Source of the DNA: Candidatus Zipacnadia bacterium
GTDB taxonomy: Bacteria > Armatimonadota > Zipacnadia > Zipacnadales > UBA5352
NCBI GenBank assembly: GCA_029821635.1
Contig: JALGSW010000001.1
Location: 8,702 to 72,701, forward strand
DNA length: 64,000 nucleotides
Reading direction: 5' to 3'
Part shown: positions 36,355-44,421 of the stretch, in pieces
Numbering within the stretch: the stretch's first letter is position 1
Layout of the letters: each line of letters begins with the position of its first letter
Notes under the pieces: model-generated
Database searches by the model: none
Told to the model about the DNA's origin: nothing
The model's input: only the letters and a program-made list of their open reading frames with translations
Made by a program: the position numbers and the translations under genes

Positions 36355-37233
36355 GTGCTGAGGATCGACCTGCTGCCCCGACAGATAGCGATTGCGAGGA
36401 TGAACAAGCTCCTCGTCGCGCTCATAATCGTGCTCCTGGTCGTCGAGCTTGGCGCGCTCGGCGCGATGCTGATGGGCGTCAAGGGCCAGATCGGCACGGT
36501 CGACGAGGAGCTCACTAAGATCACGAAGATCGCGGACCAGGTCGAGGACCTCCAGGCCGAGGTCAACGCCAAACAGGCCGACCTCGATCCGATTAAGCTG
36601 AAGGTGGACTTCGTCGAGGACGCGAATAGCTCTGGCGAGCAGTACTGGGATCGCTTCCACGCGATCAACGAATACATCTACGACAATGCGCAGCTCACGC
36701 GCTTCAGTCTCACCGGGGGCAGCTCAGTCAACTTCACGGTGATTGTCGGCGACACGACCGACGCGGCTCGCTTTGTGCTGAACCTGGTGCATTGCCCGGC
36801 CCTGTCGAACGTCGCCGTCTCGGGCCTGCCGGCCGGAATGAGCGTCGAGGGCGTGGGTGGCGCCGCGGCAGGTGGCTTCACGCCCATGGCAGGTGGCATG
36901 GACCCGATGATGGAACCTGGCATGGACCCGGGGATGGAAGCTGGTATGGACCCGGGCATGGAGCCCGGAATGGGCGGAATGGGCGGAATGGGCGGAATGG
37001 GTCCGCAGGCCTCCGCGAGCGGTGACATTACGCTCGACGTCACGGCCACGCTGACCGAGCCCACGGAAGTCCCCTCGCCGGGCGGCGGAGCCGCCGCGGG
37101 CGGAATGCCCGGAATGCCGGGAATGCCCGGAATGGAGCCAGGGATGGAACCGGGCATGGAGCCAGGGATGGAGCCTGGGATGGAGCCTGGGATGGACCCT
37201 GGTGCCGGCGGCGCAGAAGCACCGCCCGCGTAA
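36355..37233 (+). CDS. pilN: PilN-like pilus alignment protein with two Met-Pro-Gly repeat blocks
   Basis: GTG start. The MLRIDLLPRQ (INLLP-type) motif is followed by a TM segment and a coiled coil. It sits directly after pilM. Confidence 0.75.
   Translation: MLRIDLLPRQIAIARMNKLLVALIIVLLVVELGALGAMLMGVKGQIGTVDEELTKITKIADQVEDLQAEVNAKQADLDPIKLKVDFVEDANSSGEQYWDRFHAINEYIYDNAQLTRFSLTGGSSVNFTVIVGDTTDAARFVLNLVHCPALSNVAVSGLPAGMSVEGVGGAAAGGFTPMAGGMDPMMEPGMDPGMEAGMDPGMEPGMGGMGGMGGMGPQASASGDITLDVTATLTEPTEVPSPGGGAAAGGMPGMPGMPGMEPGMEPGMEPGMEPGMEPGMDPGAGGAEAPPA
36898..37005 (+). repeat. coding tandem repeat block 1 (MDP/MEPG/MGG units)
   Basis: Encodes MDPMMEPGMDPGMEAGMDPGMEPGMGGMGGMGGMG. The nucleotide level shows GGAATGGGC repeated three times. 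Confidence 0.85.
37102..37203 (+). repeat. coding tandem repeat block 2: (GGAATGCCN)x3 then (ATGGARCCNGGN)x6
   Basis: Encodes GMPGMPGMPG-MEPG-MEPG-MEPG-MEPG-MEPG-MDPG. The 12-nt units from 37132 to 37203 are nearly identical at the DNA level. Confidence 0.9.
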
Positions 37234-37286
37234 CTGCAGCAACGCGGCAGCATCGGGCCGCATGACCGCAGCACAGGAGCAATCTG

Positions 37287-38036
37287 ATGGGCCGTATACC
37301 AACCTGGGCAGTCATACTCATAGGTGTCTTCCTCTTCGCGGGAGCGGGAGCGCTCGTCTTCATGCTCATGATTAAGCCTGAGCGCGAGCGCCTGGACGAT
37401 CTGCAGGGCCAGCTTCAGGAGAAGACGGACATCGCGAACAAGCTCGACGCCACAAATGCACAGCTTGCGGATGTCACAGCCCAGTGGCTGGAGGCCCAGG
37501 AGCAGGTGCAGGACCTGCGCGAGGCGCGCAGTATCCCGATTTCATTCGGCCACCCGGCCGGCGCGATGATCGCTCTGTGGTATGAGTATCGCCACGATCT
37601 CGTCCCGCTTATCGAGGACTGGGTCCAGTCCAGCGGCTGCACCATCGAGAGCGGCGCGAGCTTCCCTGCACCGCCGATGACGCCGCCCGCCGCCCCGCCC
37701 AGTGGCTTCATGCAGGTGCCGGGCGGCCAGCCGATCGCGCTCACCGTCTCAGGCACGCTTCAGCAGCTTGAGCGGCTCTACCGGTCGCTGGATCAGTTCG
37801 AGCGCGTGGTCACCATCAGTGACCTCGTGCTGGTCCCAACGGGCGAGGGCGACAGGCTGCAGGCGCCGGTCAACCTGGCCATCTATTTGCTGGTCGAGGC
37901 GCCCACGCCCGCCCCCGCACCTGCGGGCGACGGAGAGGGCGGGATGGAAGGCGACATGCCGCCGGGGGACGGCGGAGAGCCCATGCCCGAGGGCGAGGGC
38001 GAAGTTCCCGTCGATGAAGAACTGCCCCCTGAGTAA
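37287..38036 (+). CDS. pilO: PilO-like pilus alignment protein
   Basis: N-terminal TM (WAVILIGVFLFAGAGALVFMLMI), then a coiled coil (ERLDDLQGQLQEKTDIANKLDATNAQLADV), then an alpha/beta domain. Acidic M/P/G tail. Sits after the pilN-like gene. Confidence 0.7.
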   Translation: MGRIPTWAVILIGVFLFAGAGALVFMLMIKPERERLDDLQGQLQEKTDIANKLDATNAQLADVTAQWLEAQEQVQDLREARSIPISFGHPAGAMIALWYEYRHDLVPLIEDWVQSSGCTIESGASFPAPPMTPPAAPPSGFMQVPGGQPIALTVSGTLQQLERLYRSLDQFERVVTISDLVLVPTGEGDRLQAPVNLAIYLLVEAPTPAPAPAGDGEGGMEGDMPPGDGGEPMPEGEGEVPVDEELPPE

Positions 38037-38118
38037 CCGCCCGGTCCCCCCTTGGGACGTGGGCTTGTTGGTCAGATATTCGTGGTCCATATGACGTACG
38101 CAGTGGAAGGGTCCGACT

Positions 38119-38949
38119 GTGATCGAGGAGCAGAAGGCAAAAGCCCTGTTTGCCGGCGGCATAGCCCTGTTCGTGGTAGGGCTGGTTGTCCTCATGCTGT
38201 TCGTGATCCCTGCGGCGAGGCACACGCAGGTCGCCATGGCGCAGGATGAGGAGGACGCCGCGCCGGAACCCGACGCCGCTGGCGAAGTTGACCCGGGGAT
38301 GGATCCCGGCATGGAGCCTGGGAGGGAGCCCGGCATGGAGGGAATGCTCGGCATGGAGGGCATGCCCGGCGCCATGCCAGGTGGCGGCGGAGGTGGCGGA
38401 GTGGGCGAAGTGCCGCCCGGCCAGATCCTGGACCCGCTCGAGGCCAGCCGCCCCAACCCGTTCTCGCCGCGTTCGAGCATGGCGACGCCCGCCGCGGCCG
38501 CCGCGGCACTGGCCAGCCCGCACTACGGGCCCGACTGGAGCCAGCTCCCGATCGCCGAGCGCGTCGCATTCGTGCGGCCCGACATCCCGTCGGCCCCGAC
38601 ACCCGCACTGCCCCGCCTCGATCCGCCGCCGGAGTCGCAGGTGCGAATCACCAGCATCCTGTGGGACGCGTCCGGGCAGGCAATGGCCGCCTACGAGGAT
38701 CCCGACGGCAAGAAGGGCGAGCTCAAGCCCGGCGACAGAGTTCCCGGCACCGGCCTGACAGTGCGGGAGATCACCCGGGTGGGCGCTACGCTCGAGAACC
38801 CGCGGACCGGCGAGACGCAGGAACTTGAGCTGCGCCCGCGTGTTGAGAAGAAGGAAGAGCCCCCGCAGAGGCAGCCGAGGCGTCCGTCCCGTGGCGGCAG
38901 CAGTAGCAGCAACCGCGGAGGCTTCCCTGGCGCGCCTCCCGGCGGTTAG
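38119..38949 (+). CDS. PilP-like protein (TM anchor, Met-Pro-Gly repeat, C-terminal beta domain)
   Basis: GTG start and TM segment ALFAGGIALFVVGLVVLMLFVI. Repeat DPGMDPGMEPGREPGMEGMLGMEGMPGAMPGGGGGG (about 38291-38400). The C-terminus ITSILWDASGQAMAAYEDPDGKKGELKPGDRVPGTGLTVREITRVGATLE resembles the PilP beta-sandwich pattern. Confidence 0.5.
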   Translation: MIEEQKAKALFAGGIALFVVGLVVLMLFVIPAARHTQVAMAQDEEDAAPEPDAAGEVDPGMDPGMEPGREPGMEGMLGMEGMPGAMPGGGGGGGVGEVPPGQILDPLEASRPNPFSPRSSMATPAAAAAALASPHYGPDWSQLPIAERVAFVRPDIPSAPTPALPRLDPPPESQVRITSILWDASGQAMAAYEDPDGKKGELKPGDRVPGTGLTVREITRVGATLENPRTGETQELELRPRVEKKEEPPQRQPRRPSRGGSSSSNRGGFPGAPPGG

Positions 38950-39003
38950 TGTATACGTTGATAGCACACGATTGCGGGGAAGTAAGAGCAGGAGTGGATC
39001 AAG

Positions 39004-39735
39004 ATGCGTAAGACAGTGCTCGCGCTGATTGCTCTCATGATGTTGGGCGCCTTCGTTCTTCCTGTGATGGCGCAGGAGGAAGAGGTGCGGCTTGACCTCG
39101 ACTTCCGGGGCGAGTCCCTCGACCAGATTCTGCAGTTGTTCCGGCGCGGCTACGCGCTGGAGTACACACTGGGTGAGGGTGTCGATCCGAACACCCAGAT
39201 TACCACGCATCTTCGTGGCGTCACGCTCGACCAGGCCCTTCGCTCGATCCTTGAGCCCAACGGCCTGCTGGCGATCGAGCAGAACGGCCGCTACGTGGTC
39301 AAGGAGCGCCCGACGCCCACGGAGCGCACGGAGCCCGCAAGCCGCACGGTGACGCCCGTGTTCACGACCGAGAGCCGCACGCCGCCCGCACCGACCCGCC
39401 AGGCGCGCGCCTACGAGCCGCGCCGCGGAGCGGCGGAGGAAGAAGAGGGCGAAGAGGAAGAGCGCGATGAGGTCATGGAGATCATCTATCCCATGTACCT
39501 CGGCGCGGACATGGCCTCGGCCATCTTCGGCGGCGGCTTCGTTGAGGCCGGCGGCTACTACGGCGGCGGCAGCGGCGGCAGCAGCAGCAGCTACGGCGGC
39601 AGCAGCAGCAACAACTCGAGCTTCGGTGGCAATCGCAGCAACAGCAGCTCCAGCTTCGGGAGCAACCGCAGCAACAGCAGCAGCAACTTCGGGAGCAATC
39701 GCAGCAGCAGCAGCAACCGCAACTCGGGTTACTGA
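39004..39735 (+). CDS. secreted STN/secretin-N0-like domain protein with FG/Ser/Asn low-complexity tail
   Basis: Signal peptide MRKTVLALIALMMLGAFVLPVMAQE. Domain LDLDFRGESLDQILQLFRRGYALEYTLGEGVDPNTQITTHLRGVTLDQALRSILEPNGLLAIEQNGRYVV. Acidic linker, then a GGYYGGGSGGSSSSYGGSSSNNSSFGGNRSNSSSSFGSNRSNSSSNFGSNRSSSSNRNSGY tail. Confidence 0.7.
   Translation: MRKTVLALIALMMLGAFVLPVMAQEEEVRLDLDFRGESLDQILQLFRRGYALEYTLGEGVDPNTQITTHLRGVTLDQALRSILEPNGLLAIEQNGRYVVKERPTPTERTEPASRTVTPVFTTESRTPPAPTRQARAYEPRRGAAEEEEGEEEERDEVMEIIYPMYLGADMASAIFGGGFVEAGGYYGGGSGGSSSSYGGSSSNNSSFGGNRSNSSSSFGSNRSNSSSNFGSNRSSSSNRNSGY
39550..39732 (+). repeat. coding AGC/AAC-rich tandem repeat (about 33-nt units encoding FG[GS]NRSNSSS)
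   Basis: AGCTTCGGTGGCAATCGCAGCAACAGCAGCTCC / AGCTTCGGGAGCAACCGCAGCAACAGCAGCAGCAAC / TTCGGGAGCAATCGCAGCAGCAGCAGCAAC. There are long (AGC)n runs. Confidence 0.85.
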
Positions 39736-39834
39736 ACGCTTTGCCACAAAGCTGGTGTGGCGTAGCGCGCCTATCGTAGACACGTTCGGGTAGATGGCGT
39801 CGTTCGCAGACGGAGTTCCTGGGAGGGCCCAAAG

Positions 39835-41466
39835 GTGACGCTCTTCAATCGGCATATGAAGGCCTTCATTGTAGCGTGCATCGCAGCAACACTCGTAGTC
39901 AGCCCCGGTATCAAGGCCGCGCGCGCTGACACGCCGGCGGATGAAGCGCCGATCAACATCGACGTACGTGACATGGAGGTCGGCGACGTTCTGCGGATGC
40001 TTGCGAGGGCCGCGAACGTTAACATCATCGTCGGCAAGGGCGTAGCGGGAGAGATCAACTCCCTCACCCTGCGTGATGTCTCCGTGGAGATGGCCTTGCG
40101 AGCGATCACCGAGGCCAACGGCTACTACTGGCGAAAAGATGGCAACATCTACTTCGTCACGTCCGAGCCGACCGGAGCCGAGGTGGTGCCGGTCGCACCC
40201 GAAACGGACGCCGGGCAGCCGACTCCGACTGCGGGGACGGCCATTCCGCGTCCCCCCGACACCGGGACCGTGAGCCAGCCCAGGCCACCGGCGACGCAGG
40301 AGCCGCCTCGGATCATCTCCGAGCTGCTTCCCCTCAACTACAAGAGCGCGAACGAGCTCGCGGCGCTGTTCGGCGCCCAGACGGCGTGGTCCTACACGCC
40401 CAACGACCTCCGCGCGCCCGGCACCGGACTCTCCGGGATGCGTTCGCCCGCAACTGATAGCACCCTTGGCTCGATGGGCGCCTACCGCGGCCGCCTCGGC
40501 GGCAACGGTCTGCCTCAGTTCGATGGCGACATGGGTGGCGGCACGCAGGGCAACCAGGGCGGCCTCGGCGGCGGCCTCAGCCAGACCAGCAGCTCCAACG
40601 TTGGTGGCACCACCGGCACCAGCAGCCAGGACACGATCGAGCTTCCCGGCGAGATGGTCATCACGGCCATCATGAGCCACAACGCGATCCTCGCCCGAGG
40701 CACGCGTGAAGAGCTCGACGAGTTCCGCGAGATGCTCAACCTCCTCGACATAGCGCAGAAGCAGGTCGAGATCTCCACGAAGTGGATCGACGTGCAGACG
40801 ATTGCGGCCGAGGCGCTCGGTATCGACTGGTCGGTCACGAACGGCGCCTGGGAGATCTTCAACCTGGGCTTCGCGCCGGGCGAAGCCGCCAACAACGGCA
40901 TTCGCTTCGGGCGCGGCCGCTGGTGGGCCGAGTTGTCGGTGCTGATTAACACCAGCCAGGCGACGGTCGTCAATGAGCCGCGCATCGTCTGCATGAACGG
41001 AATGCCCGGCTCGATCTCGTTCGAGACGGAGATCCCCTACTTCTCCGCGACCATCAGCTACAACCAGTTCGGCCAGCGCACCGTGGACTACACCTCTGAC
41101 TCGGTGACCGTCTCCAACGAACTGTCGGTCGTCCCGCAGATCAACCCGGACGATTCGGTGAAGATGCTGCTGGCGCCGCAGTTGCAGGATCAGGTTGGCA
41201 CGGTCGAGGGCCCGAACGGCGAGCGGATCCCGATCATCACCTCGCAGTACGTGGAGACGATGGTCCGCGTCCCGGACGGTGAGACGGTGGTTCTCGGCGG
41301 CGTCATCCGCGCCGACGAGTCGGTGAACGTCCGGAAGACGCCCCTGCTCCACCAGATCCCGATCATCGGCAAGCTCTTCCAGTCCAGGCGCGTCGAGAAG
41401 AACAACAGCGAGCTTCTCATCTTCGTCACGCCGAAGATCGTGAGGGACGCGTCGAGCGCCTACTAG
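39835..41466 (+). CDS. pilQ: type IV pilus secretin PilQ (short form)
   Basis: GTG start and a signal-like N-terminus. STN/N0-like INIDVRDMEVGDVLRMLARAANVNIIVGKGVAGEINSLTLRDVSVEMALRAITEANGYYW. C-terminal secretin motif VPDGETVVLGGVIRADESVNVRKTPLLHQIPIIGKLFQSRRVEKNNSELLIFVTPKIV. Confidence 0.9.
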   Translation: MTLFNRHMKAFIVACIAATLVVSPGIKAARADTPADEAPINIDVRDMEVGDVLRMLARAANVNIIVGKGVAGEINSLTLRDVSVEMALRAITEANGYYWRKDGNIYFVTSEPTGAEVVPVAPETDAGQPTPTAGTAIPRPPDTGTVSQPRPPATQEPPRIISELLPLNYKSANELAALFGAQTAWSYTPNDLRAPGTGLSGMRSPATDSTLGSMGAYRGRLGGNGLPQFDGDMGGGTQGNQGGLGGGLSQTSSSNVGGTTGTSSQDTIELPGEMVITAIMSHNAILARGTREELDEFREMLNLLDIAQKQVEISTKWIDVQTIAAEALGIDWSVTNGAWEIFNLGFAPGEAANNGIRFGRGRWWAELSVLINTSQATVVNEPRIVCMNGMPGSISFETEIPYFSATISYNQFGQRTVDYTSDSVTVSNELSVVPQINPDDSVKMLLAPQLQDQVGTVEGPNGERIPIITSQYVETMVRVPDGETVVLGGVIRADESVNVRKTPLLHQIPIIGKLFQSRRVEKNNSELLIFVTPKIVRDASSAY

Positions 41467-41510
41467 CCGACAGCGGCGCTCCGGCGCCGATGAAAGAGCT
41501 GCACACGACG

Positions 41511-41532
41511 GACGGCACAGAGCGCTGTGCCG
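41511..41532 (+). terminator. hairpin after pilQ (weak terminator candidate)
   Basis: ACGGCACAG-AGCG-CTGTGCCGT, a 9-bp stem followed by TCGTCAGTACTT (only moderately T-rich). A 6-bp CGGCGC/GCGCCG hairpin lies just upstream. Confidence 0.35.
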
Positions 41533-41556
41533 TTCGTCAGTACTTGGAGGTTGCTC

Positions 41557-42771
41557 GTGCGCTCCGCACTTGAGTTGACGACAGCGGGAGAGTCCCACGG
41601 GCGGTGTGTCACGGCGATACTTGGCGGGGTCCCTGCCGGGCTGGGCGTGACCGCGGAGATCGTCAACCGCGACCTCGCCCGCAGGCAGGCGGGCTACGGA
41701 CGTGGGGGCCGGATGAAGATCGAGGCCGACGTCGTCCGCTTCACCGGCGGCGTTCGGCACGGACAGACGCTTGGCTCGCCGGTCTGCATGGTCGTTGAGA
41801 ACCGTGACTCGGAGAATTGGCGCGAGGAGATGGGCGCGGACCCGTCTCCATCCGGTTGGGTGAGTGGCCGGACCGTTTCGGTGCCGAGGCCGGGACACGC
41901 CGACCTGGCGGGCCTCGCGCGCTTCGGCCACACGGACATGCGCAACGTGCTCGAACGCGCCAGCGCGCGCGAGACCGCTGCCCGCGTCGCGGCCGGAGCG
42001 ATCTGCCGCGCGCTGCTCGCCGCCATCGGCGTGACGGTCCGGTCCCGGACGGTCGCGACCGGCGGCGTCCGCGACGAGGCCTTCGACGGATCCGACGCAA
42101 CCTGGGCCGAGGTCGAGTCGTCCGATGTGCGCTGCGCCGACGAGGGAGCCGCCGGGGCTATGCGCGAGGCGATCGACCGCGCGCGGGCCGATGGTGACAG
42201 CCTCGGCGGTGAGTTGGAGCTGGTGGCTGACGGCGTGCCCCCCGGTCTCGGCAGCCACGTCTCGTGGGAGAGCCGCCTCGACGGGCGCATCGCCGGCGCG
42301 ATGTTGGGCATTCCCGCGATCAAAGCCGTCGCAATCGGCGCGGGCTTCGACGCCGGTGAGCTTCCCGGTTCGCAGTTCCACGACGCAATTCTTCCCGCGG
42401 AGGCCGGCACGCGCTGGCCTGTCACGCGCCCGACCAACCGTGCCGGCGGCATCGAGGGCGGCATGACCAACGGTGAGCCCGTCGTGGTGCGTATGGTCAT
42501 GAAGCCGATCCCCACGCTGACTGCCCCGCTGCCCTCCGTGGACGTGCGCACCGGTGAGCCGACGCAGGCGCACGCCGAGCGTTCGGACGTGTGCGCGGTT
42601 CCGGCGGCCGGCGTGGTGGGTGAGGCGATGCTCGCGCTGGTGCTCGCCTCCGCGGCGGTGGAGCTGTTCGGTGGCGCATGCATGGCCGACCTGCTGGCCG
42701 CGCACGAGCGCTACGTCGGGAGGTTGGCGGGGGCGTGGGGAGAGGGGCGGGCCTCCGATGATGATGCTTGA
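41557..42771 (+). CDS. aroC: chorismate synthase
   Basis: ELTTAGESHG N-terminal signature, GRPGHADL and ERASARETAARV. The start is at GTG 41557, 6 nt after GGAGG. Confidence 0.9.
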   Translation: MRSALELTTAGESHGRCVTAILGGVPAGLGVTAEIVNRDLARRQAGYGRGGRMKIEADVVRFTGGVRHGQTLGSPVCMVVENRDSENWREEMGADPSPSGWVSGRTVSVPRPGHADLAGLARFGHTDMRNVLERASARETAARVAAGAICRALLAAIGVTVRSRTVATGGVRDEAFDGSDATWAEVESSDVRCADEGAAGAMREAIDRARADGDSLGGELELVADGVPPGLGSHVSWESRLDGRIAGAMLGIPAIKAVAIGAGFDAGELPGSQFHDAILPAEAGTRWPVTRPTNRAGGIEGGMTNGEPVVVRMVMKPIPTLTAPLPSVDVRTGEPTQAHAERSDVCAVPAAGVVGEAMLALVLASAAVELFGGACMADLLAAHERYVGRLAGAWGEGRASDDDA

Positions 42772-44395
42772 GCCGCCCGCGGATGCGATCGCTATCACAG
42801 GTTTCATGGGCACCGGCAAGACGACCGTCGGGCGGCTGCTTGCCGAGCGCCTCGGAATGGCCTTCATCGACACGGACGAGCGGATCGAGGCGCACGCCGG
42901 GCGATCGATCCCGGAGATCTTCGCTGCGCATGGTGAGGAGCACTTCCGCGACCTCGAGAGCGAGGCGCTGGCGGATGCGTTGGCCACGCCCGGACGGGTG
43001 GTCAGTACCGGCGGCGGCATGCTCCTGCGCGATGCGAACGTGGCGGCGCTGCGGCAGGTGGGGCCGATCATCTGCCTGACCGCGGCGGGGGAGACGGTGC
43101 TGGCACGCACGTCCGCCGACGCGAACCGCCCGCTGTTGCGGGTGGCCGATCCCGCGGGGCGCATCGAGGAACTGCTTGCGGCGCGCCAGGAGTGCTACGC
43201 GCGGGCGGACGTTCATGTCGCGACCGACGCTCGTTCGCCGGAGGAAGTCGTGGACGCGATCGCCGAGTTCCTGGCCGCCGATGCGCGCGGGCGCTGGCTG
43301 GCCGGGGCGCAGACGGTGATCCCGCTGGATCTGCCGGACCCGGGCTACGCGATCACGGTCGGTCGCGGCCTGCTGGAGTCCCTCGGGGAGATTGTGCCTG
43401 CGCGCGAGGCCGGTGTGCGTGCGGCGCTGATCACGACCGATCGCATCGGGCCGCTCTACGCCGAGCGCGTGCAGCGGGCGCTGGCGCAGGTCGGGTGGGA
43501 CGTTGCGGTGCTGACGGTGCCCGATGGCGAGTCGAGCAAGCGGCTGGAGGTCGCGGGCGATCTGCTCGGGGCCCTGGCCGAGGCGGGGCTCGACCGTGGC
43601 GGCGCCGTGTTCGCGCTTGGCGGCGGCGTGGTCGGCGACCTCGCGGGCTTCGTGGCGGCGACGTACATGCGTGGCATCGACCTCGTGCATCTGCCGACGT
43701 CGTTGCTGGCGCAGGTGGACAGCAGCATCGGCGGCAAGACCGCGGTGGACCTCGACGCCGGGAAGAACCTCGCGGGCGCCTTCCATCAGCCGGTCGCGGT
43801 TGTGTCCGACGTGGCGGCCCTGGCGACGCTGCCGGCGGTTGAGCTGCGCTCCGGTTTGGGGGAGATCATCAAGCACGCGTGCTGCTTTGACGCGGAGATG
43901 TTCGCGCTGCTTGAGAGTCGGCGGGACGCGGTTCTCCGCGGCGATGGCGTGGTGTTGGAGTACCTTGTCGCTCGCAACTGTCAAATCAAAGCGGGGGTCG
44001 TCGAGCAGGACCCGCACGAGGCGGGGCTGCGCGCGGTCCTCAACTACGGGCACACGGTCGGGCATGCGCTGGAGCGCGCGGCCGAGGGCTGGGCGTTGCG
44101 GCACGGGGAGGTCGTCGGGGCCGGCATCGTGGCGGAGAGCCGGCTGGCGGCGTGGCTTGGGCTTGCGGATCAGGAGACGGTGTCGCGGCAGGAGGCGCTG
44201 GTCGCCGCGTACGGGCTGCCGACGGAGGTGGCGGGCGTGGGCGAGCCGGTGGCGCTGGCGGCGCTTGAGCGAGACAAGAAGATCGTGGCGGGGAAGCTGC
44301 GCATGCCGCTCGTGCCCGCGATCGGCAGCTTCGAGATCGTTGATGACGTGGACCTTGAGCTGGTCCGCAGGGCGGTTCGTTCGGTGCTTGCGTAG
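42758..44395 (+). CDS. aroKB: bifunctional shikimate kinase / 3-dehydroquinate synthase (AroK-AroB fusion)
   Basis: N-terminal GFMGTGKTTVGRLLA...DTDE (shikimate kinase). Then GGGVVGDLAGFVAATYMRGI, SSIGGKTAVD and NYGHTVGHALE (DHQ synthase). ATG 42758 overlaps the aroC end by 14 nt. Confidence 0.85.
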   Translation: MMMLEPPADAIAITGFMGTGKTTVGRLLAERLGMAFIDTDERIEAHAGRSIPEIFAAHGEEHFRDLESEALADALATPGRVVSTGGGMLLRDANVAALRQVGPIICLTAAGETVLARTSADANRPLLRVADPAGRIEELLAARQECYARADVHVATDARSPEEVVDAIAEFLAADARGRWLAGAQTVIPLDLPDPGYAITVGRGLLESLGEIVPAREAGVRAALITTDRIGPLYAERVQRALAQVGWDVAVLTVPDGESSKRLEVAGDLLGALAEAGLDRGGAVFALGGGVVGDLAGFVAATYMRGIDLVHLPTSLLAQVDSSIGGKTAVDLDAGKNLAGAFHQPVAVVSDVAALATLPAVELRSGLGEIIKHACCFDAEMFALLESRRDAVLRGDGVVLEYLVARNCQIKAGVVEQDPHEAGLRAVLNYGHTVGHALERAAEGWALRHGEVVGAGIVAESRLAAWLGLADQETVSRQEALVAAYGLPTEVAGVGEPVALAALERDKKIVAGKLRMPLVPAIGSFEIVDDVDLELVRRAVRSVLA

Positions 44396-44421
44396 CGCGA
44401 ATCTGACGCGAGGAAGCGGCG

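Noticed and set aside
36898-39732. Tandem repeats (PilN/PilP Met-Pro-Gly blocks, AGC-rich block, and the pilD-upstream 10-mers) as possible CRISPR arrays
   Set aside because: The units are 9-33 nt with no unique spacers of CRISPR size, and most are in-frame coding low complexity. No cas genes are present.
37870-43164. 1764-aa minus-strand ORF, the longest in the track
   Set aside because: It is antisense to pilO/P/STN/pilQ/aroC/aroKB, all of which have clear family motifs. Its translation is Arg/Ala/Gly/His/Val-rich with no motifs, which is typical of a GC-rich shadow frame lacking stops.
42758-44395. aroK-aroB fusion as a novelty
   Set aside because: Fused shikimate kinase/dehydroquinate synthase genes are already known in bacteria, so this is an ordinary pathway organisation next to aroC.
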